Origin: Spizellomyces punctatus DAOM BR117
Taxonomy: Eukaryota
Assembly (NCBI GenBank): GCA_000182565.2
Contig: KQ257466.1
Strand: one strand, 5' to 3'
DNA: 64,000 nucleotides
A program made the position numbers and the translations under genes. Positions 1-13,876 of the stretch are shown here, in pieces. The first letter of the stretch is position 1; the number at the start of each line of letters is the position of its first letter. The notes beneath the pieces were generated by a model. That model was not told where the DNA came from. It ran no database searches and saw only the letters and a list, made by a program, of their open reading frames with translations.

Positions 1-796
1 ACAGCTCTTCAGAGACATCTACCCGAAATCGAATATGAGCCAATTCCCACAGCGTCTGTCGCATCATTTTCCAAATTCCATTACGTTGCTTCCCAAACTG
101 TCCGTTGTCGAGAACTCGGGATGTTCCGTGCTTAAGGCTCCCATGTGCAGCATCAACATTTGGAGAGTACACATGAACAACGACAAACCAAATATCCGCG
201 CAAGTTTAAACCAGCTCAGTGCACCCCATCTCAAGATATCACGACGTTATATGTACTTTGGCCATTTGATGTTCGAACTCAATTGTGAGGTCCTAGTTTA
301 AATGGATAAAGCAGCGTCAACTTCAACGAGAAAATGTTCCACAGAGAATCACTTCGCCTGCTTAGAATGGCCGAGTGGCGAAAGGTCGCCTCGCTCATTG
401 ACTTGGTTTGGTTATTGGATTTGCCCTGTCCAGATAAAAACTGTCATTTAAACTTTGGATCATAACCAACGTTTTTAAATTTTGGTCTTGGCTCGGAGGG
501 GCAAACCTTCCTGAGAGCCGAGGCTTCGCAGATGTTCACCACTGAAGCTTTTGACAGTGGACATGCCCATCGGGACGAGTAGTACTGACTTCGATGGCAT
601 TTAGAGCGAAATTAGAGATCTCAACTTATTTTTTGATCAACAACAAGAAGACAGAACAGAATAGTTTATCACAGAAAAACATAGTACAAACAAGGGTTCT
701 AAAGGCAAACTTGCATACAGGATGAAAAACCAAAAAAAAAAACGGCTAGATAAGAGAAAAGTACTAGACAAAATAGTCCCGGACAGACCAAACAGC

Positions 797-3700
797 TCAA
801 TGTCCCCGGTCCTTGTCGGCTCGCTTTGCCATCTCCACCAAAATCGGGTACTCGCCCGTCTCTTCACACATGCCACGAAACACTGCATCGGGGCCGGGCG
901 GCTTGGTCATCAGCTCGTAAGGTGACCCGAATTCAGCAACAGTTCCCTGCGATAGAACAAGGATCTTATCGTAATCGGCTACAGTCCTGTGAGTTGTAAA
1001 CAAGGCACGTTACACACTTGTTGAATAACCAATGTTTTCCAATTGCTGGGATTCGTACCTCAACCGATGTGCAACACAAAGCAACGTCGCTCCTCGGAAC
1101 TCTGTACGAATCGTTTCCTGAATCCTTGCATCCGTTTCATGGTCTACACTCGCCGTTGCCTCATCCAACACAATAACTTTACAGCTTCGCAACAACGCTC
1201 GCGCAAGGCAAAGGAGCTGCCGCTGGCCTTGAGAAAAGTTTTGACCACCTTCACTTACAATGGTATCCAAGGTAAGGATGTTAGCAGAGCGATAGGATGC
1301 AAGCGAAGTGTTTGATGAACGCCTTCTCGTGGTACGGGTTTCAGAAGCAAGGGAATTGACAGACGCGCGCCGGGAAAGAGTTGGTGTCGGTGTTAAACTT
1401 TGGTGGCGGGAGGGAACCAAGGATCCTGTCCGATCTTGTACCAGGTTAGTAGTCAAGCTTGAACCGTCACAGCTAACTCCAGCTGCATCTCTACCGGGAA
1501 TGGACACTGCAGTAGCATGCGAATCTAAAAGATGCGCTCTACGCAACGCTGTCCATAGTTGCAAATCGGTGTGCTCAGAAAATGGATCAAGATTGGAGCG
1601 AACTGTCCCCGTGAATAGGATAGGGTCTTGCGGAATGATAGTCAACCGTGACCTAAGATCTTGCAATCCAATCTGCGATATGTCAATATCATCAACCAAT
1701 ATTCGTCCGCCAGAAGCTTCCAAAAATCGGAACAGAGCCAAGGACAGGGTAGATTTCCCTGCTCCAGTACGCCCTAAATAAAATGTATTCTAGCTATGTC
1801 CGAAAAGATCCAGAACAATCATTCCCTTCACGATACATACCAACAATTCCGACTTTCTCTCCTGCCTTGGCAATAAAGTTAACATGTCGAAGAACAGGAG
1901 TCAAATCAGCGGAATATCTAATCAAGCAAGATGTCATGAAAAAAGGGCTGCCGTACGATAACACCAGAGCGATAAACGTACCGAACAGTGAGATCTTGAA
2001 ATTCTACTCTTCCAGCAGCTGGCCACTGTGCTGGGGGTCAGATATCGATCTCCATGACAATCAAAAATATCTGATACATACCGATACGGGTGGTCTTGAG
2101 CCCTCAATGACGGGAGGCGCCTCCTGCTCAATAGACAGATATTCCTGTATACGTTCCACAGAGTTCATACTCATTTCCATCAACGCGTGCATTCTGACGA
2201 CCCACTGCACCAGTCCCGTATTGGTAAGAAAGAGCAAGGACACAAGCAGGGGATTTACACAAACCCATCCTTACCAACAGCGAGTCCGTAAATGTCAACG
2301 CGTAACTCAAACTTAAACCAGCAGCGCCTGGGTCCATGCCATGGCCCCAATGGACGGTTGCCAAAATTGCGGCTGCCGAGCAAAACGAAACCATGGCACC
2401 AACCAAGTCAACTCGCACTCCAAGCCAGCGATTCGACACCCAGAGGTAGAAAAACGCTCGATGATTGGTATCCACACTATCATTGCAGCCAAAACATGAG
2501 AAATCAGTCAGCACTATATGCAGATGATGCGAGCCTACCGAGCGTAATTTTCTTTCATGAATTTGTCTTCCGCGCCATATGCACGAATAGTTGATGCCCC
2601 CCTACAAATGAAGAGAGCATACGTTACGATACAGAGTTTCAGGAAAAGAAGTTTTATCCAACTTACACAATCGTTTCGCTAAAGTGCGAGAATATAGGAG
2701 ATCGGGTAGTCGACTCTAAACGCTTCAGCTCCCTTGAGGTTCGAAGGTATAACCGGGCAACCGAGATATATATTAGCGCTAATGAAAAAAGCATTCACAT
2801 GAGTCCACAAAAGACCACAGGTACAGGCAAGTCCCGAAAACTCAACCTACCAATTGGAACAATACCACCCAAAAACACTGGCGTGACGACCGCGACAACT
2901 GCGACGACTCCTACTGCGGCAACTGTATTTGACAAAAAGTCGCCCCCAAACGCTGCAACCTCTTGATCCAAAGACTGAACATCTTTCGAAAATCTATTCA
3001 AAATGCGTCCCATGGGAGTAGTATCAAAGAACCGCATCGGAGCATGAAGGAGCCTTGCCAGCATTGCGCTATGGAGGTGGCGCGACGCATGGAGGGAACC
3101 AGTGCAATTCACAAGGATTCGGATGAACAGAGTTAACATCGTCAGCAGTCCGATCAGCGCGTAGATAATAAGGTAATAGTTGACCCCCTTTCTGTCTTCT
3201 AGTTTTGAGGAAGGTCCAAGATGATATGTCGGGAAAACCGACAAAACTATCTGCGGCGATTCTGAACCTCCCATTGTGACACGATAGGTAGCTCGTCGGT
3301 AAGCTGCTGCCCAAGACTTTAACCACCAATCTTGGCCAATAGTAGATAGTTGAACGGTAAGGTAGGCAAAAATCAAGGCCATCAAGAACACAAAGCCACC
3401 CGCCGCGCTAATGTACGCCCAGTACACTTTGCCCTTGACGGAACCAACAGCGCGAGCCTCATCTTCGGTGAGTCGAAGGATCTTGCGCTGAGAAGGTTGA
3501 ATACCGGCCGGTCTTAATGCTTGATCAGATTCCAAGCTTGCACCGTCATCAAATTCAATGTCTACGTCTTGGTCTGGATCCGAGTCTCCATCCTCCATGT
3601 CGAGCAGTGGTTCCATAGATGAGGCATCGTTTATCTCTGGGGAGGGAGCAGTGCTCATAATATCGCCTTCTCCGTCACACTTCTCGACTTCTGCCTCAGG

Positions 3701-6700
3701 TGTTTCATACAAAGTTGTCAGACTTCGAGAATCCGTCGGCAACCCCTCTTCCCTCTCCTCGTCTGGTACAAGGTCAATTTTTCCAGGCCCTCTTCCTACG
3801 ACCGCGCTGGGAGGACCTTGTGTGGCGATGCCTCCTCTCCGCATCACTACAACATGGTCCGCACGGGGAACACATAGATGTACAGCATGCGTGACGAGGA
3901 CTCGAGTTCGTCCGCCCAGCAGTCCCAGAATGCAGTGTTCAAACAGGTGTCGGGCTGTTGGAGCATCAACAGCTGATAAAGGGTCATCCATCAAAACAAA
4001 TGCCGCTGGAGAATAGGCTGCACGCGCAAGCGAAATTCGTGCTTTCTGTCCACCCGACAGGTTTACGCCTGGTCAGAGGAGTGTGCATATCAGCCTCAGC
4101 GTTGGAGTAACTAGTCAGCACAGAGCAGCAGACCTTTCTCGCCGATTTCGGTCATATCCCCGCCTTCAAGGGTTTCCAAATCTCTCAATAAGGCGCACGC
4201 GTGAATTACACGATCATATTTGGCTGGATCATATGGTTGACCGAATAAAATATTATCGCGAATAGTTGCGTTCATGAGCCATGCTGCAAGATATTTTAGA
4301 AAGAGACTTTCATCATTGCACTTGCTAAAGGAGTCAATTTACCTTGCTGTGCAGCGTAAGCGACGCTATTCGTAAGACCAGTTGAAGGATTCAGCCGCCC
4401 GTACCGACTGTCCGGCAAATATACCTCGCCAGCCAGACGATTCATCTCTTCAAAAGGTAGAGCGCAAAAGTTCAGAACCACTCTTTTGAAGTTTCAAAAC
4501 TGTGCCCGCCAGACTGTACCTCCTAGTAGCGCCATAACCAAACTTGTCTTGCCACATCCAGTGGTTCCCACTACCAAGCTCAGGCCACCAACTGGGAAAG
4601 TGATTTCCAGATCCTTCAAAACAAACTCCTTCTGCATCGAATCGCTATCTCCATCTTTGCCTTGCCAGGAAAACTTTGCGGGGCCTGTAAAGCCAACGAT
4701 CTCTGTTCCATCTTCGCTGCCTGGGCCGCCCTCCGCGCGATGGCCATCGGCTTTTTCCGACTGATATCGTTCCAGTTCATTCTCTCCCAAAAAGTCTTCC
4801 ACTCGCTTCATGCTCACGAGTGCTTCACTCACGCGAACGATCATGTCTGGGAAAAGCTGCAACGGTTGCCGCAGCGCATTAAACAAAGCCAGTCCAGTGA
4901 ACGCAATTTCGGCAGTCAACTCTCGATGGGCGACGATAGTGAACGTCATGAAGGTCAAGAATGACACGATAATCGGTGCAGCGTACCAAAGAAGACGGGA
5001 CGTGGCAACAGTATAGAGGTATCCTCGTAAACGGTTAATCTCGGAATTTCGATAACTTGTGAGCATATTGAAATAATGTGTCTCCCATGCAAAGAATTTC
5101 ACAATGCGAATTCCTTGCAAGGTCTGTCAGAAACCCGGGTTAATGGTAGTACGGGAGGGAAGACAGCGGAACTGGGTTCACCTCATTCATGGCTGTAATC
5201 CGTCGGTCTGTGGCTTTAATTAACATTTTCTGCTTCATAGCAACCATCTTGCCTAAGGTAGCCCCAATTGGGAGCATCGCTATCATCACAGCAAGCCCTG
5301 CAATAGCTGGCCACCCGAGGACAACCATCAGAAGTGTCACGCATATAGCAATCTGTAGGGGAGCAGTCCATAGATACATAATGTAGCAAGAAACTTCGAG
5401 AATCTTTTGCGTATCTTTGTGTAGCATGAGCGAAACATGAGTTCAAGAACAACATCCTTCCATTGTAAGGCCCTGACTTACCAACCGACATCAAATTAGT
5501 GATCTGACCGGTCGACGCGCCAGCTTGCTCTTCTTTCGTTGGGACTGCCACCGCCCGCCTGCGTAGAGCCTTTCCATAAATTTGCCCTATGAGAACCGCG
5601 CGCACACGGGTACCAATTCTTCTTCCATTAAAATAGACTTGGCCATCACATGCTGCTCGTATCAGGGCCGTGATCAATAGAGCAAACGTATACGCCAGGC
5701 CTTCCTTCGGCGAAGAATCCTCGCGGGGACGCGACACATGAGCGAGAATACGATTCAATAAATAGGGACCCGAGAAAGATAATAGGGCAGAAACGAACGC
5801 GTATGCAGCTTGTATTGAGAGTTCCGGACGGACGAGATGGTAAAGAGCCCTAAGTAAGCTACTATGCTGGAGCCTGCTTTGAGAATTTAGCTGTCCGTGG
5901 CGCAATTTATATAGTAAAAGTGCGAAGGTCCACTGACCGAATTCGGTTGAATCGGTCACACACGTTCGCAGCCTTGTCCCCGTCCACCAGATGAGGGACA
6001 TCGTTCATGTCCAGCGTCTTTCGGTAGCCTCGCTCAATCACATTATTGAACCATGAGAAGGAAAACTTGGCATAAAGAGAAGCTCCGGTCTCTCGTGACG
6101 CTGGCGGTTCCCTATGCTGCAAACGAACCGTTTCAGCGATTTAGGTGAATTACTCTTCTGCAAATGACATCAACCTCCGACTGAAAGCCGCCAAAAATAT
6201 GTCGCCTTCTCCTCAATAGACGCTCTCCAGAAATCCATGCTCCCATAGCAAGCATCACAAGCGCAATGCTTGCTTGTGCTCCAACAATGATGACGATCGC
6301 TCTGCTCATATGTCCAGATCCATACCACGCCCATACTGAACGAAGCTGCACACTTTTACATAAGGCAAAGAGTCCAAAATAGCTCAGGAGATAGCATAAC
6401 GACTTTCGTTTAGATCTTTCACAGGGGAAGTAGAGTGAGGGGCGATTGGCTGGGCAGGTCGCAACAGTTAGGTATCCTAAAATAATGTTCACGTAGAGCT
6501 ATGATGAAGAAAGATTAATAAATTATATCAAGCTCCACGTCGAAACGAAATCTAATATACAAACGTACCCATTGGAACGTGACAGTGATGACTTCCATTG
6601 TTACGTACGGCTCGTTCTCGTTAACTGTGTTCCCATTTTGTGCAGTTTCAATGCCATACCCGATCAAGCTCACGCCAATATGAGACAACGCCAGCCCCAA

Positions 6701-7147
6701 CAAACAGATCCAGACCCACATATCCCTCCTTCTCGGCCCTTCCTCGTCAGAGGACACGGGATAACTCTCGTCACCGGCACCATAATCATTATCCGCACCA
6801 TGGCGGCCTGGGTCGTTCTGAAGGACGGGTAAATATGCTCGAGGATCGAGATTCCGGCGTTGCCAAAATACGTGACGGAGGAGTGCAAATGTTCCGACTA
6901 GGAGAATATACGCCGTGGGTATTATCGACACAATTATACTGCAATTTCGAGAGTTGTTCTAGCTGAAGTACAAATTCTGAACTCTCGCATGCAATGATCA
7001 ACCATACCTCCGTTCAAAACAATCGGTGAAGTCCGAATCAACCCAAGGGCCCTTACAATAACGTAAGTTGGTATCTCTTTTGCTATTTAGGCACTTCACT
7101 TTGCTTACCCATGGTTTTCCTCCACATAATTTCTCTGGCAAAGACAT
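797..7147 (-). CDS. ABCC/MRP-type ABC transporter (Ybt1/Ycf1-like), multi-exon
   Basis: Exon translations show two NBDs (Walker A GTTGCGKT and GRTGAGKS, signature [15 protein letters not shown], Walker [22 protein letters not shown]), TMD motifs ([24 protein letters not shown]) and an N-terminal TM extension. Probable start [13 protein letters not shown] at 7147. Confidence 0.93.
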
Positions 7148-7481
7148 TTTTTAATACTGTCAAATGTACAAATATCCCACTCTCCAAGCCCGTGGGCACG
7201 ACTTCGCAAAAGGTGATGGTTGCCGAGGAATATGATGGGAAGGCCCCATACGGAGTTTGACTTGACCAGATCTGCTAATTAATAGAGCAGCAAGCATTTC
7301 CACGGATGGCACAGCAGTTCGCTTACGTACACATTCGTCATTGCCATCTCCTACTTTTACTTGCTTGCAAGTCTTACTTGCCATGAAAGAAGGTTACGTT
7401 GGAAAGCATTGATTTACTCTTATTGTGTTCTTATTGATTGAAAATGTACATGATATATGGACGAGAATCTCTGCGATGCTA

Positions 7482-7816
7482 CTATTTTAGGTCCTCCCTG
7501 TGTCCTGTAGTAGGGCCGCCGGCAAGAATGTTTCCAGGCTTGGTAATAAAAGACAGATCAGCATCATTATGTGAATGAAATATCAATCACAAGTCATACT
7601 CACCTCATTTCCAGAAGCATTGGGGACATTGCCTTGAATCTTGTCCCAAACTTTCTGAACTTTGCCTTTCTCGTTCTGCGGAGTATTGCGACCGATGGCA
7701 TCATCTTCCTGACCACTCTTGAGTTGCGCGTTTTGCTTCTCCTGGCTCTTGAGGAAGTCGGGTGTGAGGTTTTCTGCTAAATGCGTGTGTATACTCTTGC
7801 GGCCGGCGTCGGACAT
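7482..7816 (-). CDS. HSP12: Hsp12/Hsp9-family small stress protein, 2 exons
   Basis: The N-terminus MSDAGRKSIHTHLAENLTPDFLKS resembles yeast Hsp12 MSDAGRKGFGEKASEALKPDSQKS. GTGAGT donor after ...SGNE; exon 2 reads PGNILAGGPTTGHREDLK*. Confidence 0.8.
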
Positions 7817-9359
7817 TTTGGCTTGATAGTTACTGGGGCTTTTGGCCAGGATCTGGGCTTTTATAAATGGTTCACCGCACCCACGTCACATTTACGTGTC
7901 ATCGATCAAACTCCCTTCCAATGCTTCTCTTCCATTTTCTCCGCACGATTGCGTGCAGGTCTTATGTTGGCAGACTAAAATATCCCCAGAAACTAGCACA
8001 TGACAAGGCTATGCAACAGTTCACTGGTTCCACAGACCACTAAATGCTGTAGAATGATGAGAATGACGCTCTTCAAGCGGATAGGTACTCAATTCATCCT
8101 GCAATCAGGAAAAGATCATCTTCAGCGTCTTCATTAAACGACATACAGTAATAATAGATCATCACGCCCGTTCCATTGTACCCTCTAATAGGTCTATTCC
8201 CTCTACACTCTCCCTTTCGGTTTGCATACGCAAAGGCTATAGCCAGCTGTTTTGGTATCTCAGAGGCTTAATAACGACAACTGACGCCTATCGGCATATC
8301 GCTTAAATATAACACTACCATGACTTGAGAGTTCTTCGCTTTGATTTTGCCACGTTGTCGAGGCTGTGCCTACTCTTTAAAGAACAGACAAGCCCACTAT
8401 GTCCAATAGCATGGTTAAGCGCCTAAAATATGGAACAAATGGAATACTGCTGCATATAGCATTATTTTCTGAACATACCCAGGATGACTACGGCAAAAAC
8501 GAGTAGAAAGGGGTAAGAATAATCAGCGGGCTTCGTTTTCAGCGTTATGCGGACCCTGGAATGGGCGATCGTCTTTGTCGCACTCTCGATCGGTTTGATA
8601 TCAGCAGGCAACGTTTGAATCATTGAAAAGCACGTAATAAAGCAGGCTACAAAAGTGAGTAAGAAGGTGTCGTAGATTCCGGTCTATATATAGCAGGGAT
8701 CAGGCTTGTTTATCTTTGCATACGAGCTTTTAAGGATCATCCCGTTTATTACGATCGAGCTCTTCTGGAAACGCAAAGAGAGGAAGTACGCATAAAGGAA
8801 TCCAAATTGGACGCAGAGGTTCACATGTGCATTGCTAACGTCCAAAGTACGTTCGACATACTGCACATCAAAGAGTGTTTGCAACCTCTTTGCACTTGCC
8901 ATGTCCCTGAGGCATAAGGCCAATCAATTCCTACGTGTGGGCATTAAACCTCAGACGTTTCAACGCTTAAATCAGCGCTTCCGAAACATTCCTTTTTGAA
9001 TCGCTCACATGCTTGTCCAATGCAATGCTCCATCATCGACATTTATTTGTGAGATACCGATGTGTGCTCCAGATGAAGTAATGGCTTACGTCATCAAGTA
9101 TGACTTTATGGCCAGCCACCAGAACTTTTCGACAGCTTCTTTCGGAGGACAACCCGCGTTTGCAATTTGTTCACCACCAATGTGTTGAGGGCAGAACGTC
9201 AGAGTGTCAAACCGGCGAGAAGATACGTGCCAGCTTCTCATGATTTTTGCCCCGGAAGGCCTGTGTGAATTCTTCGGAGCCTTTTGAGCAGTGCAATGAG
9301 GACATTACAGGGTATCCTATCTTCGGTTACAAACATTTGGCACAGCTTGCACTTACGGT

Positions 9360-11243
9360 GTGCTTATAGGTTTCAACAACCCTACCAGTAACCCATGGCT
9401 GTCGAACCCGGGACAGCTCCCTACTGCCAAAACTTCAAAGTCTAAATACCCAAGCGCGCCGTCATTAGTCTCTGAATTCCCAGAACTTACGCGGCTGCAC
9501 GGAGCGTTGTCGAATGAGTCACTAAAACATGTCCCTAATGTCGACCGGACTCGAAAGGATCATGCAGGCGCCAAGAACCCGTCCTTCCGCTCCACGGGCT
9601 CACTTGGGCTCGGGTTACGGGGACATGATATTCAGCATCCAATCATGGTCGGTAGAGTTCCTGTGGCCCCTCCCAGGCCGTCCGTGTCGTTAGACAAGGC
9701 AAAGCAGACAATAGACTCTCAGGAAATCACGCGACATGCAATACCTATCGCCATACTTTTGTCCCTTTTGCTCGGTCCGTTTGTGCCTCCGCTGTTGCGA
9801 GTAGTTGGTGTGATAGATTTTGTGAACCATCCCCTGGTATTCCGGCTCTTGTTGTGTGGATTCAGTGTGGCCTTGATATGGACTGTGGGAAGGAGTATTC
9901 TTCTGAGACTCGGATTACGAATATCTCTGCATGGCGATGCTGGGAAGCGCTGGTGTAGAGTGTGGATCGGTGTACCGCCGGGTTGTCAGCCGCCATCCAC
10001 GGGTACCAGGTCCAGATCACTTAGTAAAGGAACCAAGGGTGAGGTACCGAAAAAAGTACTACATCAAGTTACTGAGGAGGAGAGGGCACTGAAGGCAGCA
10101 TTGTTGTCTGGTAAGATGGTGATTACCATTGAACGGGTAGAAGCTGCGGTTCATAAGCGGCCCTCGGCCGTGCCTACCCATTGCGGCTTCTGGGCACGAC
10201 TCAGGCAGAAAGTCAGCCCTCCATACCTTAACCTGCGTCTGACAACCATTCGGATCTATCTCCCCGCTGCAAGCTGGTTGGGCTTCCCTATTCCCAGTAT
10301 GCCACCCAGTCCTCTGTCACGAAGCATTCACGCCATTGTCTCGTACATTGCCGTCAACATTATTTTGCCATTGATTCGTCTTTCTATCACTGATCTAAAG
10401 ATACACCTTCCCTCGGCTTCCGACGTCAGTGGCCCATTATCTCCAGGTATCCCTGGTCGCTACGACCGTCCCATACCATCTCCAACCATTCGCGAAACCC
10501 TTGTCAACCTCTTTCGCCAGTCTCCGCGAGATTCTCACCTGCATGGTGGATTTGAATCCGCGCTCGTTGAGTACCATGTCGCGCGCTCAACATTGGAGCA
10601 AGTTACCCGGAAGAGATTCATGTGGTGTGTCACTGTTCAGGAGGCTGTTGTAGGGTCCTACTGGGACATTGTGGAGGATCCGATAGTAGGTGGCGGTATT
10701 CAAGCACAGACAGGCGATTCGGGAAAAGAGAAAGTTGTCATGAAGCGCATGCAGCTATGGCTCTTTGAGAGAGATGACGAAGTGGATAGAGTTCTTGCCG
10801 ATGTAGGCAAAGTTGAGCTTTTGGTTGCGAATACTATAGTGGAAGCGGTGGACACTATTGCGAAAGAATCAGATACTAAGCGTGAACCAATGGATGACTT
10901 GTTTTCCAACGATAGTTCCGAGTTCGATAAGCGCTCCAGTACCTCGTCTGACGAGCTATCGATTGCATCTGTTCAATCATCCCCTCAAATCGAAGAAAAT
11001 GAACCACAGATAATGCCGGGAGCTTCTATCCCTGATCTCACATGTGCATCACCAGATCGATTACACCGTCTTCGCATTACACTTGTCGCCAGCCATCTCT
11101 GTGTCACTGTCGACTCGTCACTCCTCCTTCTTGTTAAGGATCTGTCAAGAGGATCCAAAATAGGGGCACCGGCAGGACCTAAAGACTCGAGGCAAAGGAA
11201 GAATCCGTTACGAATCTGTGGAAGGGTAAGATCGACAAGATGA
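9360..11243 (+). CDS. Hypothetical protein with two hydrophobic segments (first in-frame ATG probably 9645)
   Basis: 627-codon open frame; hydrophobic stretches AIPIAILLSLLLGPFV and LLLCGFSVALIWTV; no family recognised. Confidence 0.55.
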   Translation: MLIGFNNPTSNPWLSNPGQLPTAKTSKSKYPSAPSLVSEFPELTRLHGALSNESLKHVPNVDRTRKDHAGAKNPSFRSTGSLGLGLRGHDIQHPIMVGRVPVAPPRPSVSLDKAKQTIDSQEITRHAIPIAILLSLLLGPFVPPLLRVVGVIDFVNHPLVFRLLLCGFSVALIWTVGRSILLRLGLRISLHGDAGKRWCRVWIGVPPGCQPPSTGTRSRSLSKGTKGEVPKKVLHQVTEEERALKAALLSGKMVITIERVEAAVHKRPSAVPTHCGFWARLRQKVSPPYLNLRLTTIRIYLPAASWLGFPIPSMPPSPLSRSIHAIVSYIAVNIILPLIRLSITDLKIHLPSASDVSGPLSPGIPGRYDRPIPSPTIRETLVNLFRQSPRDSHLHGGFESALVEYHVARSTLEQVTRKRFMWCVTVQEAVVGSYWDIVEDPIVGGGIQAQTGDSGKEKVVMKRMQLWLFERDDEVDRVLADVGKVELLVANTIVEAVDTIAKESDTKREPMDDLFSNDSSEFDKRSSTSSDELSIASVQSSPQIEENEPQIMPGASIPDLTCASPDRLHRLRITLVASHLCVTVDSSLLLLVKDLSRGSKIGAPAGPKDSRQRKNPLRICGRVRSTR

Positions 11244-11618
11244 TAATTCAATCATGTCTTTATAATTGTAAGAGTTTGATTACTTATTCTAATACCGTAT
11301 CTTTGCAGATGTACAGGCGATTCACCTCCATGGCAACACGTGCTGCTGTAGCAGCTCTTAGTGATAGAATGTTTGAATTCAAAAGCGTCCAGAGGGAACT
11401 TGTTGTATAGGATTAGGTAGTTAGTTAAAACATTTATAGAGTAGTCGTCGTCGTAGTAGTAGTAGTAGCAGTAATAGTTCGCCGTAGGTTGATACTGAAC
11501 GAATAGATGGGACTTGAACTTTGTTTGGTCACGTGTCCCGCTTACTTGATGGCTTACCGCACTGATTCCGACCATAGGGTGGTCGATCGTTTCTATTTTT
11601 TATCCAGCGTCTCCAGCA

Positions 11619-13131
11619 ATGGGCACCATTTTCTCCCGCTCCACTCCAAATCTTCTCCCACAGTCCAGAGCCCAATCCACCTCCAATCCAACATCAAAAT
11701 CAAGGGATGCAGACGTCAACCTCGACTTTGGGCCGGCATTTGTGGGACCGCTTGGCAAAGGCCTGGCGGGTGGATGGGGCGCCGAAGATGAGGAGGAAAG
11801 CAGTGAGGTTCAGCAGAATCAGATAGATAGTATGCTGGGGTGGAAGGCAAAAATTGGGCAGAGTTTTGGGGATACGGACGCGGGGAGGGTAAAGTGCTTG
11901 TATGACCAGGTAGGTTTTTTTTTTAGCTGTATTCCTTTTTAACACAAACAGTCTAAACGTCTCCCTTTCAAGACCCCGCAAAAACCCACCACAACACTTC
12001 AATCCCATTTCCATCTCCGCAGGAACACGCTCAAACTCGTTCGAACATCTTCCAACACTGCAACACTCTCCTTCCAACTTGACACAACCGTTCCCTGCGT
12101 CATCCGAATAAATGTTCCCGCCCATTCACCGTACTCTTGTATACCCAATAGAGATACACATGTGAAACCAGGCTTAGATCAGAGTCTGTCGATCCAGTTT
12201 GGGATGCCTGCAGAGAGTGGGGAAGATGTGACCATGGTTCTTGTTGTGGAGAATGACGCAGATTCTGAAGATGACCGGCAGACTCAGATAACTTTCTTGA
12301 CTGTTATGCATCAGAAAGAGAGAAGGGAGGAGGAGGAAGGGGAGGAGGAGGGCGGAGGCGTGGCTGAAGTTAGGGTCATTCGCCAGGACGTTGTGGTATG
12401 TTATGATTGTCTTTTTTCTGATCAACCAGCTCAGCACTCAAAAGTCACCATTAGATAAACTCCATAACATATACCCTTCAAGAAATATATGGTCTCTCCT
12501 CCATTTCTCAGTCTGCGCCGCAGGATGCAAGTTCGATGGACTGCGTTATTTGTCTTTCCGAGCCCAAGGATGTTGTCGTCGTGCCATGTCGGCATTTCTG
12601 TCTATGTATTGGATGTGCGGAGGCGGTTAGAATGCAGGGGCGAAGTAGTGATAGAGGTGTTGGAGTACCGAGGTGCCCCATTTGTAGAACGAGTAAGTTT
12701 TTTGATTGCCTTATTTTTGGGGTTTCAAGGTAGGCTCATGACGGTTTTCCATGCGTGTTCCAGTCGTGCAATCCCTCCTCCGCATCAAACTACCAGAAAT
12801 ATACCGACCCAATACCGCAATGTCTCAAACCCTCTCTCGCTCCCGTTCTCGTCCTAGTACCGCCCGGCCTACAATCCAACCTTCCAGTCCGCCACTGCCA
12901 GCAGCACCTCTCGCATCCGTTACAGCACCACCGTTGGAGCCAACGGCGCTCACCTCACCCCCACCATTAGATGCCTCTCAATCCGATCTCCAACATATAC
13001 AAGAATTACCACGTCGAAAAAGTGATATAGATGTGCATATTATCCCGGGCGCTGTGCCTATTGAGGAAGACTTGGACGATATTGAAATGGGGGTTATGAA
13101 TACAGAGAAGGGTTGGCGAGATTGTACTTGA
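11619..13131 (+). CDS. RING-finger E3 ubiquitin ligase, MGRN1/RNF157/LOG2-like, multi-exon
   Basis: MGTIFS N-myristoylation-type start; RING CVICLSEPKDVVVVPCRHFCLCIGCAEAVR...CPICR; Pro/Ser-rich tail. Confidence 0.8.
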
Positions 13132-13876
13132 TTATGTGTGGCCTAACATGAGTTGCAACAACTCTTGCAGTCCTAGACATTTGGCTACCAATTTTTTTTT
13201 CTCGCGGAGAATCCAATGCCAATTGAGGCTGTCAAAATACGCAGTGCATTGGGACAAGAATGGCGTTAAGCAGAGTAGTCAGCCACAATTGAGTCTTGCT
13301 TCTGTTGAACTTTGATCCATTGTTCATAAAGTTAAAACGATTTGCCCTAGAAGGCGCAAATATGAACGGGATTGCTCACTATATAAGGGCAGTTGTTGGT
13401 GTACATGTACATGGACGAAGCGAGGGGAACTTTCAGAAGTTCTGCCATAAGTGCTAACCACGCAATGAATGATTCTGAACAACATGAATCAAATTTCATG
13501 ACAGGAACACTCTTCACAAGCCCAGGGGACAGAAAATGTGCAGCACATCCTGCGATGGACGTAGAGACAAAAGGTAGTTGAGAATGGAGATAGGACCGTA
13601 ACCACTGCAAGGACATTCTTCGTACCACTGGAGGGTGCACAACCATATCGGCCATGTCTTTGGAATAGATCCGTGCAACATGGATTTACAACAAAATGGG
13701 TTGGTTTGCCATAACCTATCTTGTTGCAAGATTGAAGTATATCTGGATTGCATTTTGACCATCAATACTTGTCTACGATCGATCGGCATTCTCGTATATT
13801 CAATGCAATTCTGATAGATCAGGGGGAGGAGGACTATTCCTCGCATATATTGAGTGACATTCAATAAAAGGTTACA

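Noticed and set aside
341-378. ACAGAGAA...TTAGAATGGCC as U6 snRNA, or TGGCCGAGTGG as a tRNA D-arm
   Set aside because: The U6 spacing and downstream ISL are absent, and no T-arm/B-box or cloverleaf follows. Kept only as part of the unassigned ncRNA candidate.
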